A stretch of 64,000 nucleotides of DNA, taken from the NCBI GenBank assembly GCA_041389925.1, contig JAWKQX010000006.1:343837-407836 (forward strand), read 5' to 3'. The notes under the pieces are model-generated. The model was not told the origin of the DNA. It searched no databases and saw only the letters and a program-made list of their open reading frames with translations. Below, in pieces: positions 9,450-20,026 of the stretch (position 1 is its first letter; each line of letters opens with the position of its first letter). The translations under genes were made by a program, and so were the position numbers. Source of the stretch: Kofleriaceae bacterium (lineage in GTDB: Bacteria; Myxococcota_A; Polyangia; Haliangiales; Haliangiaceae).

Positions 9450-9800
9450 ATGGCGGACAAGACGCTGTACTGGAAGAGCACCTGAACGAGCTGCCGTGAC
9501 GCGAGGAGTTCCTTGCGCAGCCTCGGAGTGGAGTTCGAAGACGTCAACTACGCCAAGCAGCGGCTGACGCCGGAGCAGGTGCTCGCGGTCGTACGCGCGG
9601 CGGGCTCGGTCGCCGCGGTGCTCAACGTCCGGCACGCGATCGCCAAGGAGCGTGGCTGGGCGGCCGCGCCACCGCCGGCCGAGGAGTTCGCCGCCGCCGT
9701 CGTGCAGGAGCCCAACCTGCTGCGCCGGCCGATCCTGCTCGTCGGGGGGCAGGCGATCGTCGGCCTCAACCGCACCGCGTACGGCAAGCTCGTCGGGTGA
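9450..9800 (+). CDS. Spx/ArsC-family (thioredoxin-fold, arsenate-reductase-like) protein with an in-frame TGA at the first Cys of the CxxC motif; candidate selenoprotein (UxxC) or a pseudogene
   Basis: ATG at 9450 reads MADKTLYWKST-TGA-TSCRDARSSLRSLGVEFEDVNY..., in frame with ORF 9513-9800. This aligns to the Spx/ArsC N-terminus (...SPSCTSCRKARAWL...). The TGA at 9483-9485 sits exactly where the CxxC Cys would be. An imperfect 13-bp hairpin with an AGUU apical loop spans +6 to +42 after the UGA. Confidence 0.5.
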
Positions 9801-9906
9801 GGTCCGGGACCGGCGCCGCTTGGGGCCGTGGTCGTCGACGGGCTGAGCGCGCGCGGCGCGCGAAAAGTGCTGGCGAGCGCCCGGCCGGCTCTGTATCGTC
9901 CGCGCC

Positions 9907-10464
9907 ATGTTCGTGACCGACGCATTGGCGCGCCTGCTGCCGAAGATGCCGGGGCTGCCCACATTGGACGGAGAGCGCAACCTGGTTCGGGACGCCTGGA
10001 ACCTGTTGCAGCTCGTCCCCGGTGGCAGATCGCTATTCTCACGACTGCTGGGTCGGCTCGCGCCCTACACCGGCTCGATCCACCCGGCGGTGATCGAGCT
10101 GAGCACGGGGCGCGCGGTGGTCGCGATGCCGGATCGCGCGAAGCTCCGCAACCACCTCCAGTGCCTCCACGCCGCGGCGCTGGGCAACCTCGCGGAGCTG
10201 GCGGGGAGCATCGCGCTCGCGTACTCGCTCCCCGATGACGCGCGCTTCATCGTGGCGGGGCTCGAGGTGGAGTACCTCAAGAAGGCGCGCGGGACGATCC
10301 TCGCGACCGGCGAGTGCCAGGCGCCGCGCAGCAACGCGCAGGCGACGTGTGACGTGCACGTCACGTTGCGCGACGCGAGCGGCGAGCTCGTCGCGCGGGC
10401 CGTGGTCCGCAACGTCGTGGGTCCAAAGCCGGGGCTCGAGCGCGAGCCGCTGGATCTCAACTAG
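9907..10464 (+). CDS. DUF4442-type hot-dog-fold (thioesterase-like) protein
   Basis: 185 aa. Same strand and 107 bp downstream of the Spx/ArsC-like gene. The sequence pattern is typical of DUF4442/PaaI-like proteins (assignment from memory). Confidence 0.45.
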   Translation: MFVTDALARLLPKMPGLPTLDGERNLVRDAWNLLQLVPGGRSLFSRLLGRLAPYTGSIHPAVIELSTGRAVVAMPDRAKLRNHLQCLHAAALGNLAELAGSIALAYSLPDDARFIVAGLEVEYLKKARGTILATGECQAPRSNAQATCDVHVTLRDASGELVARAVVRNVVGPKPGLEREPLDLN

Positions 10465-10531
10465 TCAGCTGCGGTTCCCGCTCGACGTCAACCGATCCTC
10501 GTTTCAGGATCTCTCTCTTCGATAGGCTCAC

Positions 10532-11863
10532 TTGATGGACAAGCACCTCCTCCGTCTCCGCACACCGCTCGCCGCGCTCGTGCTCCTCGCGTCCGCGTGC
10601 GGCGCGAGCTCTTCGACCACGCCGACGTCGGCCCCAGCGAGCGCGCCGCCCGCGGCGCCCGCGGCGATCGTCGCCGAGCCGCCGCCGCCGCCGGTCGAGC
10701 CCGTCGAGCCGGTCGAGCCCGTCGAGCCGGTCGAGCCGGTCGAGCCGCCGGCGCCCGTGGCCGAGGGGAAGGACTTCATCAACGACGCGCGCGCCTTCTA
10801 TGGCGCGGTGGCGTGTGGCCCGGGCGCGCCGCCGCCCTCGCTGGATGAGGGCATCGTGTCCAAGCACTGCGCCGAGATGACCAAGCGCTACGAGCGCTTC
10901 CGCGCGCGCTACGTCGTCCCCGCCGGCGCCTTCTTCGCCAAGGTTCGCCCCGCGGAGCTGCCCGACAAGGTCGTCTATCCCTTCGGCGGGGGGGACCTGG
11001 GCTCCGCGCTGGTGACCTTCCCGAACGCCACGGAGATCACGACGATCTCCCTCGAGCACGCCGGTGATCCGACCCGGCTCGTGAGCCTGCGCCGCGCGGA
11101 GCTGCGCGCCGCGCTCAGCGAGTTCCGCGCCGCGGTGCGCGGCCTCCTGACCAACAACGACTCCACCAGCGAGAACATGCGCAAGCTGGAGCGCGGCGGC
11201 ATCCCGGGTCAGCTCTCGTTCCACCTGACCGGCGCCGCGGCGCTCGGCTTCGAGCCGGTGTCGCTGCGCTTCTTCACGCTGGAGGACGACGGCGCGATCC
11301 ACTACCTCGGCGCGGAGGAGATCGACGCGCTCGCCCGGGTGCGCGCCAAGCGCAAGAAGGGCACCTGGGTCGACACCGACTTCTCCGCGGCGTTCACCAA
11401 CATGGAGCTGGTGCTGCGCAACACCGCCGATCCCGCCGCGCCGCTCGTCGTGCACCGCCACTTCGCGGCCAACCTGGCGAACAACGGCTTCCGCGGCTCG
11501 TCGCTGGAGAAGCACCTGCTGGCCAAGGGGACGATGGCGGCGATGACCAAGGCCGCCAGCTATCTGCTCTGGTCGCAGAACTTCGCCGGCATCCGGGACT
11601 ATCTGCTCGCGCACGCGGCGTGGATGGCGTCGGACGCCACCGGCATCCCGGCGGCGAACGCCCGGCGCGCCGGGTTCCGGCAGACCACGTATGGCAAGTT
11701 CATGGGTGCGTTCCTCCCCGACGCGCCGGTCTCCGTCAACGAGACGATGGTCAAGCTCTGGGCCGACCAGCCGCTCCGGAAACTGGCGTTCCGCTACGGA
11801 TACCCGGATAGTCAGGGGAACGTGCACCTGCTGATCACCGCCCCCATCCAAGGACGCCCGTGA
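10532..11863 (+). CDS. Lipoprotein of unknown function with (PVE)6 tandem repeat
   Basis: Signal plus lipobox LLASACG. The repeat (ccggtcgag)x6 at ~10690-10745 encodes PVEPVEPVEPVE. The rest is a ~350-aa domain with no motif I recognise. Confidence 0.6.
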   Translation: MMDKHLLRLRTPLAALVLLASACGASSSTTPTSAPASAPPAAPAAIVAEPPPPPVEPVEPVEPVEPVEPVEPPAPVAEGKDFINDARAFYGAVACGPGAPPPSLDEGIVSKHCAEMTKRYERFRARYVVPAGAFFAKVRPAELPDKVVYPFGGGDLGSALVTFPNATEITTISLEHAGDPTRLVSLRRAELRAALSEFRAAVRGLLTNNDSTSENMRKLERGGIPGQLSFHLTGAAALGFEPVSLRFFTLEDDGAIHYLGAEEIDALARVRAKRKKGTWVDTDFSAAFTNMELVLRNTADPAAPLVVHRHFAANLANNGFRGSSLEKHLLAKGTMAAMTKAASYLLWSQNFAGIRDYLLAHAAWMASDATGIPAANARRAGFRQTTYGKFMGAFLPDAPVSVNETMVKLWADQPLRKLAFRYGYPDSQGNVHLLITAPIQGRP

Positions 11864-12846
11864 GCCGCGCCGCCGCGTTCGTCCTCGCCGCGCTGCTGGT
11901 GTCCTCCGGGGCGCTTGAGCAACCGGCGCCCGCTCGCGCCGACAGCGCGCCGGGCGCCACCGGCAGCGAGGGTCGAGCGCAGGCGCGGATGACGGACACG
12001 CCGGTGCGCGGGGAGCGCGCCGCAGGCCGCCGGGAGGGCGCCAGCCCGCGGCGTGGTCGGTTGGTCAAGGAGGAGGATCAGGTCGCGGGCGGCACGCACT
12101 GGCGGGTCAAGACGGACGCGGGCGCGGTGCACGTCTGGGTCCCGCCGGGCTACGACCGCGAGACCGCCGGCACCGTGGTGTACGTGCACGGCTACTACAC
12201 CGACGCGGACGGCGCCTGGCGCGGCCATTCGCTGGCGCGCCAGTTCCGCGCCAGCAAGCAGAACGCGGTGTTCATCGTCCCCGACGCGCCGAGCGGCAAC
12301 GACCAGGACGTCAAGTGGCCCGCGCTCGCCGATCTGCGCAAGGCGATCTCGCGCGCCAACATCCGCCTGCCCAACGGCCCGACGATCGTCATGGGGCACT
12401 CGGGGGCGTTCCGCACGGTGATGAAGTGGGTCGATCACAAGCTGGTGGCCCAGGTCATCCTGCTCGACGCGCTCTACGGCGGCGAGCGCGCCTTCGATGA
12501 CTTCATCGGCACCGGCAAGCGCGCCAAGCACCACAAGCTGATCGTGATCGGCTCGGACACCGCGGAGGAGTCACGCTCCTTCATCCGGCGCTACCCGTTC
12601 GCCGTCGCCCGCGACGCCATGCCCCGCTCGACCGACGGCTTCACCAAGCGGGAGAAGCGCGCGAAGCTCCTCTACGTGCGCTCGCAGTTCGGGCACATGG
12701 CGATCGTGACGAGCGGCAAGGTCATCCCGCTGCTGCTGCGCCTCACACCGCTGGCGGCGATCGGCGCGCCGTCCCCGGCGGCCGAGCCGGCGCCCGCCGA
12801 GCCGGCGCCCTCGCTGCCGTTCTCGTCGCTGTTCGGCAAGTCGTAG
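11860..12846 (+). CDS. Secreted alpha/beta-hydrolase-like protein (GHSGA nucleophile elbow)
   Basis: GTG start overlaps the previous stop (GTGA), so translational coupling is likely. Signal peptide MSRAAAFVLAALLVSSGA. Carries a GxSxG motif (GHSGA). Confidence 0.5.
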   Translation: MSRAAAFVLAALLVSSGALEQPAPARADSAPGATGSEGRAQARMTDTPVRGERAAGRREGASPRRGRLVKEEDQVAGGTHWRVKTDAGAVHVWVPPGYDRETAGTVVYVHGYYTDADGAWRGHSLARQFRASKQNAVFIVPDAPSGNDQDVKWPALADLRKAISRANIRLPNGPTIVMGHSGAFRTVMKWVDHKLVAQVILLDALYGGERAFDDFIGTGKRAKHHKLIVIGSDTAEESRSFIRRYPFAVARDAMPRSTDGFTKREKRAKLLYVRSQFGHMAIVTSGKVIPLLLRLTPLAAIGAPSPAAEPAPAEPAPSLPFSSLFGKS

Positions 12847-12949
12847 CCGGGCTGCGGCGTCGCTCGCGCGGCGCCAGCTATCGGTGGTGACGGCTCTTGA
12901 TGGTCATTCGTCGGAGACTTTGGGTGACTCGTGGCGGGGTGTCCGACGA

Positions 12950-13190
12950 GATGCTCCGCCTCCGCCACGGTCCCCGTCCCCGTCCCCGTCCCCGTCCCCG
13001 CCACGGTCCCCGTCACCGTCACCGTCCGTCACCGTCACCGTCACCGCCACGGTCACGGTCACCGTCACCGTCACCGCCACGGTCACGGTCACCGTCACCG
13101 TCACCGCCACGGTCCCCGTCTCCGCCACCGCCGCCGTCCCCGCCTCCGTCACCGCCACCATCCCCGGGAACGGATCAAGACATCGCTGAC
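12950..13190. repeat. Hexanucleotide microsatellite (CCGTCA/CCGTCC)n, the reverse-orientation relative of the 5205-5700 tract
   Basis: The tract ccgtccccgtcccc...gtcaccgtcaccgtcaccgccacggtcacggtcacc is intergenic, between the convergent hydrolase and pmbA-like genes. Confidence 0.7.
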
Positions 13191-13239
13191 ACGTTGGACA
13201 AAGCGGGCCCCAACCGACAGGGCCGCTCTCGCAGCTGGC

Positions 13240-14502
13240 TCAGCGCAGCGTCAGCGGCCCCAGGCGCACCCACGATGGGCCCAGGTACGCCCCGCGCCGG
13301 ACCTGATCAGGGGCGCGCCGCGCGTCGGCGAGCACGGCCGCCAGGTCGACGACGAACGTGCCGCCGCGCAGCGGCGCGCGCGTGTCGCGGTCGTGCGCGA
13401 GGAGCAGCTCCCCCTCGGCGGTGCCTCGCAGCGCGTCCAGGGTGAGCCAGCGCAGCCGGACGACCTCGAGCAGCTGGGCGCCGCGATCACGCGCGGAGTC
13501 GCCGGCGCCGGCGTTGACCACCAGGTTGCGCACGCCGCCGTTGGGCGCGACGCCCAGGCGCGCCGCGTCCTCAGCGCCGGCGCCGGCCTCGCCGACGCGC
13601 CCGTCGACCACCAGGGGGAAGCGGCGCACCGCCTCCCCTTCGTCTCCCAGTGGCGCCGAGAGGGTGCCGTAGGGCAGGGTGCCGTCGCTCCACACCGTCA
13701 GCGGCGCGTCCGTCGGGCGCGCGAGCTCGGCGCCGCGCGCGCGCGCCAGGCCGCGCGCGACCGCTCCGGGGTCTCCGAGCGCCGCGATCGCCGCCCAGAT
13801 GCCGTGGGCGTCGTCGACGAGCATCGCCTCGACGCCGAGCTCCAGCACGACCGAGCGGCCCACCGCGGAGCGCGCCTCGGCGCGGCCCACGGCGCGCGCG
13901 GCGGCCTGCACCGCGCTCGCCACCTCGAGCTCGGCGAGCCGGCGGGCGCGCCGCCGCACCGTGGTGACCGCGAGATCTCGCTTGAGCTCGGCGACGAGCT
14001 CGTAGCTGGACTGCGACCAGGAGAGCTGAAACCCCAGCGCCGAGCGCAGCGTGATCTCCTCGCGGGCGACGCGCAGCGTGGCGTCGGCGAGCTCCAGCCC
14101 GACGGCGGCCGAGGCGTCCGCCAGCGCGCGGCGCAGTCCGGCGAGCGCGTCCTCCAGCGATCCCACGAGCGCCTCGTCGAGCAACGCGACCCGGGCAGGC
14201 GCGGCGGCGGGCGGCGTCGTCCACGGCGGGCCGACCGAGGCCTCCGCCAGCGCGACGGCGTGGTCCAGCACGGTGCCGGCGTCCCCGGTCTGCGCGTGCA
14301 CCTCGACGACGCCGGTGCCGCGGCCGGCGGCGAGATCGCGCCGCACGAGCACGCGCAGCGTCTCACCCTCGTCGGCGCGCCACCGTTCGCGACCGGCCAA
14401 GAGGTGCAACGTCAGGCGCTGGCGCCGGCGCGACGTCAGCACCCAGTCGGCGAGCTTGCGCGCCGCGATCGCCGTGCCCAGCGCGCTCCAGTCGAGCCTC
14501 AT
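13240..14502 (-). CDS. PmbA/TldD-family metallopeptidase (PmbA-like partner)
   Basis: Trimmed from ORF 13240-15018 to the internal MRLDWSALGTAIAARKLADWV start; the 172-aa Arg-rich N-extension is antisense junk. The ATGA overlap with the upstream tldD-like stop supports this start. Confidence 0.6.
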   Translation of the reverse strand: MRLDWSALGTAIAARKLADWVLTSRRRQRLTLHLLAGRERWRADEGETLRVLVRRDLAAGRGTGVVEVHAQTGDAGTVLDHAVALAEASVGPPWTTPPAAAPARVALLDEALVGSLEDALAGLRRALADASAAVGLELADATLRVAREEITLRSALGFQLSWSQSSYELVAELKRDLAVTTVRRRARRLAELEVASAVQAAARAVGRAEARSAVGRSVVLELGVEAMLVDDAHGIWAAIAALGDPGAVARGLARARGAELARPTDAPLTVWSDGTLPYGTLSAPLGDEGEAVRRFPLVVDGRVGEAGAGAEDAARLGVAPNGGVRNLVVNAGAGDSARDRGAQLLEVVRLRWLTLDALRGTAEGELLLAHDRDTRAPLRGGTFVVDLAAVLADARRAPDQVRRGAYLGPSWVRLGPLTLR

Positions 14503-16031
14503 GGCCAAGCTCCTTGGCGCAGCGTGGCGCGGCAGAGCGACCAGGGGATCGTCGCGGAGCGGAACCTCGGCCAGCCGTCGCGCAGCTCCCGGCGGCTGAG
14601 GTGGTCGGCCTCGGTGGACCAGCCGCGGATCGAGTCGATCAGCGCGCTGAGGCTGCCGCGCAGCTCGATCTGCGCGAACGCGCGGCCGCTGTACGTACCG
14701 CGCGCCAGTTCCCGGGCGACCTGCGCGCGCGCCGTGAACTCGTCCTCGAGCAGATCGACGCTCGCGTCGAGGCCTCCCTCCACCGAGAACCCCGCGGCGA
14801 CCTCGCCGAGGAGGTCGGCGAGCGGGCGCCGGGGCGCGTCGACCTCCAGGTGCGCGGGCGCACCGTCGAGCTCGTCGCCGGCGTCGGACGGCTCGCGCGA
14901 CGGGACCACCAGGACGCCGTCCCGGAGCAGCACCGCGTCCGCCGCGGGCGCGCCCCCTCGACCGGGTGGCGCGCCGCCGTACGCGCCGGGGGCGCTGACG
15001 TTCGAGCGCAGCCGCCACGCGCCGTCGCGACCGACGCGGCGCCGCGCGTTCCAGCGCTTGACCGCGCCGCGTAGCGCCGGCGCACGCAGCGCGCGGGCGA
15101 GCGCGCGGAGGATGGTCTCCGCGACGGAGGGATCGAGCACCACGTCGTACGCGCCGGCGCGGAGCGGCGAGGGCGTGGTCAGCCGCAGGACGCGCTCGAC
15201 GGCGCCGGCGATGGCGTCGTCGCTGGGCGCGCGCAGCGGATCGGGCGCGTCGGGCGCGTCGGGCGCGTTGGACGCCGCGTCCGTCGCTCGGGCGGACGGC
15301 TCGCGCACCCGCCAGCGCGCCCAGCCCGCGGCGACCTCCGCGCCGATCGGCCGGGTGCTCGTCGAGGCGACGACCGCGATCGCCTGTCGACGGCGCCGGA
15401 GCTGCTGCTCGTACACTCCGGCGTCGTCCACGTACCAGGCGGTGGTGAAGTCCAGGTCCACGCCGGCGCCGCGGTACACCACGCGGCTCGAGCCGAACCG
15501 GTCCGCGCGCTCGGCGAGCTCCTGGGTGACCTGCCGGAGGCGCTCCGGCGCCCGCGCCAGCGGATCGCGCGCGAGCGCGTCCTGGCGCCAGAGCCCGTCG
15601 GAGCGGCCGCCGGGCAGCGCGGCGGTCGCCGGCGCCGCGGCCGCGCTGGCGCCGGCCAGCTGCGCGAGCCGCGCCGGCAGCTGCAGGATCGCGTCTCGCT
15701 CCAGCCCCAGCGTCCGCACCTCCAGCGCGCGTCCGCGCGCGTCGCGCGCGCGCAGCGCGACCTCCGCGAGGCGCGCGGCGCCGCTCGCCGCGCCCGCGAC
15801 GTCAACGCGGGCGGCGACGTGCTCATGGAGCAGCGCGACGCCGCGGACCGCCCCCCAACGCTTGGCCGCCTCCGCCGCCGCCTGGCGCAGCCACCCGCGC
15901 ACCTCCTCGCCGCTGACGTCCTCCGCGGCGGCGCGGCCGGCCCGCGGGGCGCCGCCGCACGCCGTCGAGAGCAGCGCGGAGCCGGTGGCCACGCCGGCGT
16001 ACTGCAGCCACTGGCGCCGCGTCCAGCTCAT
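14499..16031 (-). CDS. TldD/PmbA-family metallopeptidase with twin-arginine (Tat) signal
   Basis: MSWTRRQWLQYAGVATGSALLSTAC carries a Tat RRxWL motif plus a lipobox-like Cys. It is TldD-like in length and in glycine-rich C-terminal blocks. Confidence 0.6.
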   Translation of the reverse strand: MSWTRRQWLQYAGVATGSALLSTACGGAPRAGRAAAEDVSGEEVRGWLRQAAAEAAKRWGAVRGVALLHEHVAARVDVAGAASGAARLAEVALRARDARGRALEVRTLGLERDAILQLPARLAQLAGASAAAAPATAALPGGRSDGLWRQDALARDPLARAPERLRQVTQELAERADRFGSSRVVYRGAGVDLDFTTAWYVDDAGVYEQQLRRRRQAIAVVASTSTRPIGAEVAAGWARWRVREPSARATDAASNAPDAPDAPDPLRAPSDDAIAGAVERVLRLTTPSPLRAGAYDVVLDPSVAETILRALARALRAPALRGAVKRWNARRRVGRDGAWRLRSNVSAPGAYGGAPPGRGGAPAADAVLLRDGVLVVPSREPSDAGDELDGAPAHLEVDAPRRPLADLLGEVAAGFSVEGGLDASVDLLEDEFTARAQVARELARGTYSGRAFAQIELRGSLSALIDSIRGWSTEADHLSRRELRDGWPRFRSATIPWSLCRATLRQGAWP

Positions 16032-16927
16032 CGCCGCGGCGCCGGGAGGGAGCCGCTCGCCTCCACGCGCAGCGTCGGCTTGCGCTCGGCGGCGCGCCTC
16101 GCGCCCGTGCGCGTCGCGGGGCTGCTGCGGGCGAGCCAGCGGAGCGCGCGGTCGAAGTCGGCGAAGCGGTCGGCCTTGCTCTTGCCACCGAGCACCGCGA
16201 CCACGACCTCGCGGCCGTGGAGGTGCGCGCCGGACACGAAGCAGTAGCCCGCGGCGCGCGTGTACCCGGTCTTGCCGCCGGTGACCTGGTGGGTCTTGTC
16301 GAGCAGCGGCACGTTGGTGGTGCGGTAGCGCAGCTTCGCGAACTTGCTCTTCGACATGACCTCGACCTCCTCGGCCCCGAAGATCGCGCGGAGCTCGTCG
16401 TCCTCCAGCGCGGCCCGCAGCGCGAGCGCCAGCTCGCGCGCGGTCGACACGTTGCCGCGCAGGCCGGACGGATCGGTGAAGCGCGTCTTGTTCAGGTGAA
16501 GATCCTTCGCGACCGCGTTCATCTCCTCGACGAGCCCGGCGGCATCGAGCCCCACCGCGCGACCCAGCGCGCTCGGGGCCCGGTTGTCGGACGCCATCAG
16601 CATGGCCCGCAAGAGGTCGCGGTTGCGAAAGGTCTGCCCGCGATCTAGCCGGGTGCGCGCGCCGCCCTTGGCGAGCTCGACGTCGTCCTGGGTGATCTGC
16701 GTCCAGCCGTCGAGGTCGATCCCCTTGCGGCGCACCGCGAGCGCCACGAAGATCTTGGTCGTGGAGGCGATGGGGCGCACCTCATCGGCCGCCTTGCCCA
16801 GCAGCTCGACGCCGGTCGGCGCGTCGATCACGATGATATTCCGAGATGTTAGGTCTGCAGGAGCGGTGGCTCCAGCGGCCAGGGCGACGGACGGCAGCAG
16901 CGCTACGAGCCACGCGAGCGGCGCCAT
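16028..16927 (-). CDS. D-alanyl-D-alanine carboxypeptidase (PBP5/6-type serine peptidase S11)
   Basis: Signal MAPLAWLVALLPSVALAAG. Motifs SxxK (STTKIF), SxN (SDN) and KTG (KTGYT). The ATGA overlap with the tldD-like start points to a three-gene operon. Confidence 0.7.
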   Translation of the reverse strand: MAPLAWLVALLPSVALAAGATAPADLTSRNIIVIDAPTGVELLGKAADEVRPIASTTKIFVALAVRRKGIDLDGWTQITQDDVELAKGGARTRLDRGQTFRNRDLLRAMLMASDNRAPSALGRAVGLDAAGLVEEMNAVAKDLHLNKTRFTDPSGLRGNVSTARELALALRAALEDDELRAIFGAEEVEVMSKSKFAKLRYRTTNVPLLDKTHQVTGGKTGYTRAAGYCFVSGAHLHGREVVVAVLGGKSKADRFADFDRALRWLARSSPATRTGARRAAERKPTLRVEASGSLPAPRR

Positions 16928-17096
16928 GCGCCACGCGAGCCAGCGGTTCGAGGAGGTCACCGATGGAGAATCGCAGATCGCGGGCGGGGTCGCCAATCCG
17001 GCGGAGCGGGGGCGGCCAAGTGAGCAAAGACGTTGCGATTGTGCCCTGGCGAGGGCGCGGGGCGTGCTGCTATGCTGCCTCCTCGCGGAGGACCTC

Positions 17097-18716
<1,620 letters not shown>

Positions 18717-18733
18717 AGGACGCGAGGACGTCA

Positions 18734-19858
18734 ATGATGCGACAAGTGATGCAAGCGGCTCTCTCTCTGCTCGCCGGCGTGGCGCTGGCCCTCGCCCCGG
18801 GTGTGGCGGTGGCCGAGCCCAAGACCGCCTCCGAGTGGTTCAACCTGGGGGACAACCACTACAACCTCGGCGAGTTCGCCAAGGCCATCGAGGCGTTCCG
18901 CAAGGCCTTCGAGATCGAGAAGGACGAGGCGCTCAAGCCGATCTACCTCTACAACATCGCCCAGTCGTACCGGCAAGCCGGGGACTGCGACAACGCGGTG
19001 TTCTTCTACAAGCGCTTCCTCTCGCTCAAGGCCAACGACACCAAGAAGCCGCTGGAGGCCAGCACCAAGGAGACGATCCTCAAGCGCATCGAGGAGCAGG
19101 AGAAGATCTGCGCGGAGAAGAACAGCAACCGCGACAAGCCGCCCGAGGGCACGATGCGCCCCGAGAACGGCGCCCACGGCGACTCGACGCGCCCGGCCGA
19201 TCCCGAGATCAAGCGCGACGATGGGGACCCCGGCGAGTCGACCAAGCGGCCGAGCGTCAACGCGAGCGTGTCCGACGAGGATCCGGAGGAGGACCCCGAG
19301 GATGAGCTCACCGCGGGGGTGACCGGTCAGGCGAAGGTCGTCGCGCTGCGGCTCGGCCTGGGAGTGGGGATCCCCAACCTCGATCCGGTCGCGGTGGCGA
19401 AGCAGTTCTCGTCCGCGGTCGTCGGTGGGTACCCGATCCCGCTGACGGAGACCGCCTCGGTGGAGGTCGGCGCGGCGCTGGGCCTCTCGCCGCTCCAGTG
19501 GGACGATGACGCCGGCGGCACGCAGACCTCGCTGTTCGTGAGCGCGGTGGCCAATGCCGGCCTGCGCCTGGAGGTGATGCCCAAGCTCTCGCTGCGCGGA
19601 GATCTGGGGATCGGCGCGCTGTTCTTCACGAACGTGGCCGCGGGCAACCCGTTCACCGAGGGCGGACAGGCCGCCGCCGGCGGCGCGCTCACGATGTTCC
19701 ACCTGCGCGTCGGCGCCGGCGTGGAGTACGCGGCAACGGAGTCGATCTCCGTCTGGGCCTCCCCGTTCACTTTCGGGTACAGCCCGGCCAAGGCCGGGCT
19801 GCTCTCGGACTCGATCACGCAGATCAGCTTCCTCGCCGGGGCCGGCTACCGGATGTAA
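18734..19858 (+). CDS. Secreted TPR-repeat protein with C-terminal Gly/Ala-rich beta-rich domain
   Basis: Signal peptide, then TPR-like NLGDNHYNLGEFAKAIEAFRKA...YNIAQSYRQAGDCDNAVFFYKRFL. It sits 18 bp downstream of the kinase. Confidence 0.6.
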   Translation: MMRQVMQAALSLLAGVALALAPGVAVAEPKTASEWFNLGDNHYNLGEFAKAIEAFRKAFEIEKDEALKPIYLYNIAQSYRQAGDCDNAVFFYKRFLSLKANDTKKPLEASTKETILKRIEEQEKICAEKNSNRDKPPEGTMRPENGAHGDSTRPADPEIKRDDGDPGESTKRPSVNASVSDEDPEEDPEDELTAGVTGQAKVVALRLGLGVGIPNLDPVAVAKQFSSAVVGGYPIPLTETASVEVGAALGLSPLQWDDDAGGTQTSLFVSAVANAGLRLEVMPKLSLRGDLGIGALFFTNVAAGNPFTEGGQAAAGGALTMFHLRVGAGVEYAATESISVWASPFTFGYSPAKAGLLSDSITQISFLAGAGYRM

Positions 19859-20026
19859 CGCGGCGCGCGCGTCGCCTGACTGGGCTCGAATCTGTGCCAA
19901 CATGTGGCATGTGTCGCGAGCCACTGAACCCGAGCGTGTTCCCCGCGCCTGGCGCCAGCGTCGGCGCAAGGGTCCGGCTCACGCGCCGTTCCCGGCGGTC
20001 CACGCGACCGCAGGCCGGAGGCCGAG

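Noticed and set aside
9288-9980. 231-aa N-terminal extension of the ECF sigma ORF
   Set aside because: The sigma-70 region 2 begins right after the internal Met. The extension has no motifs and overlaps the divergent Spx/ArsC-like gene on the other strand.
14503-15018. 172-aa Arg-rich N-terminal extension of the PmbA-like ORF
   Set aside because: Antisense or overlap artefact. The true start is supported by the ATGA coupling to the upstream tldD-like stop.
12931-16284. 1117-aa plus-strand ORF
   Set aside because: It lies antisense to the pmbA/tldD-like genes and starts in the hexanucleotide microsatellite. It is Arg/Ala/Ser-rich with no motifs.
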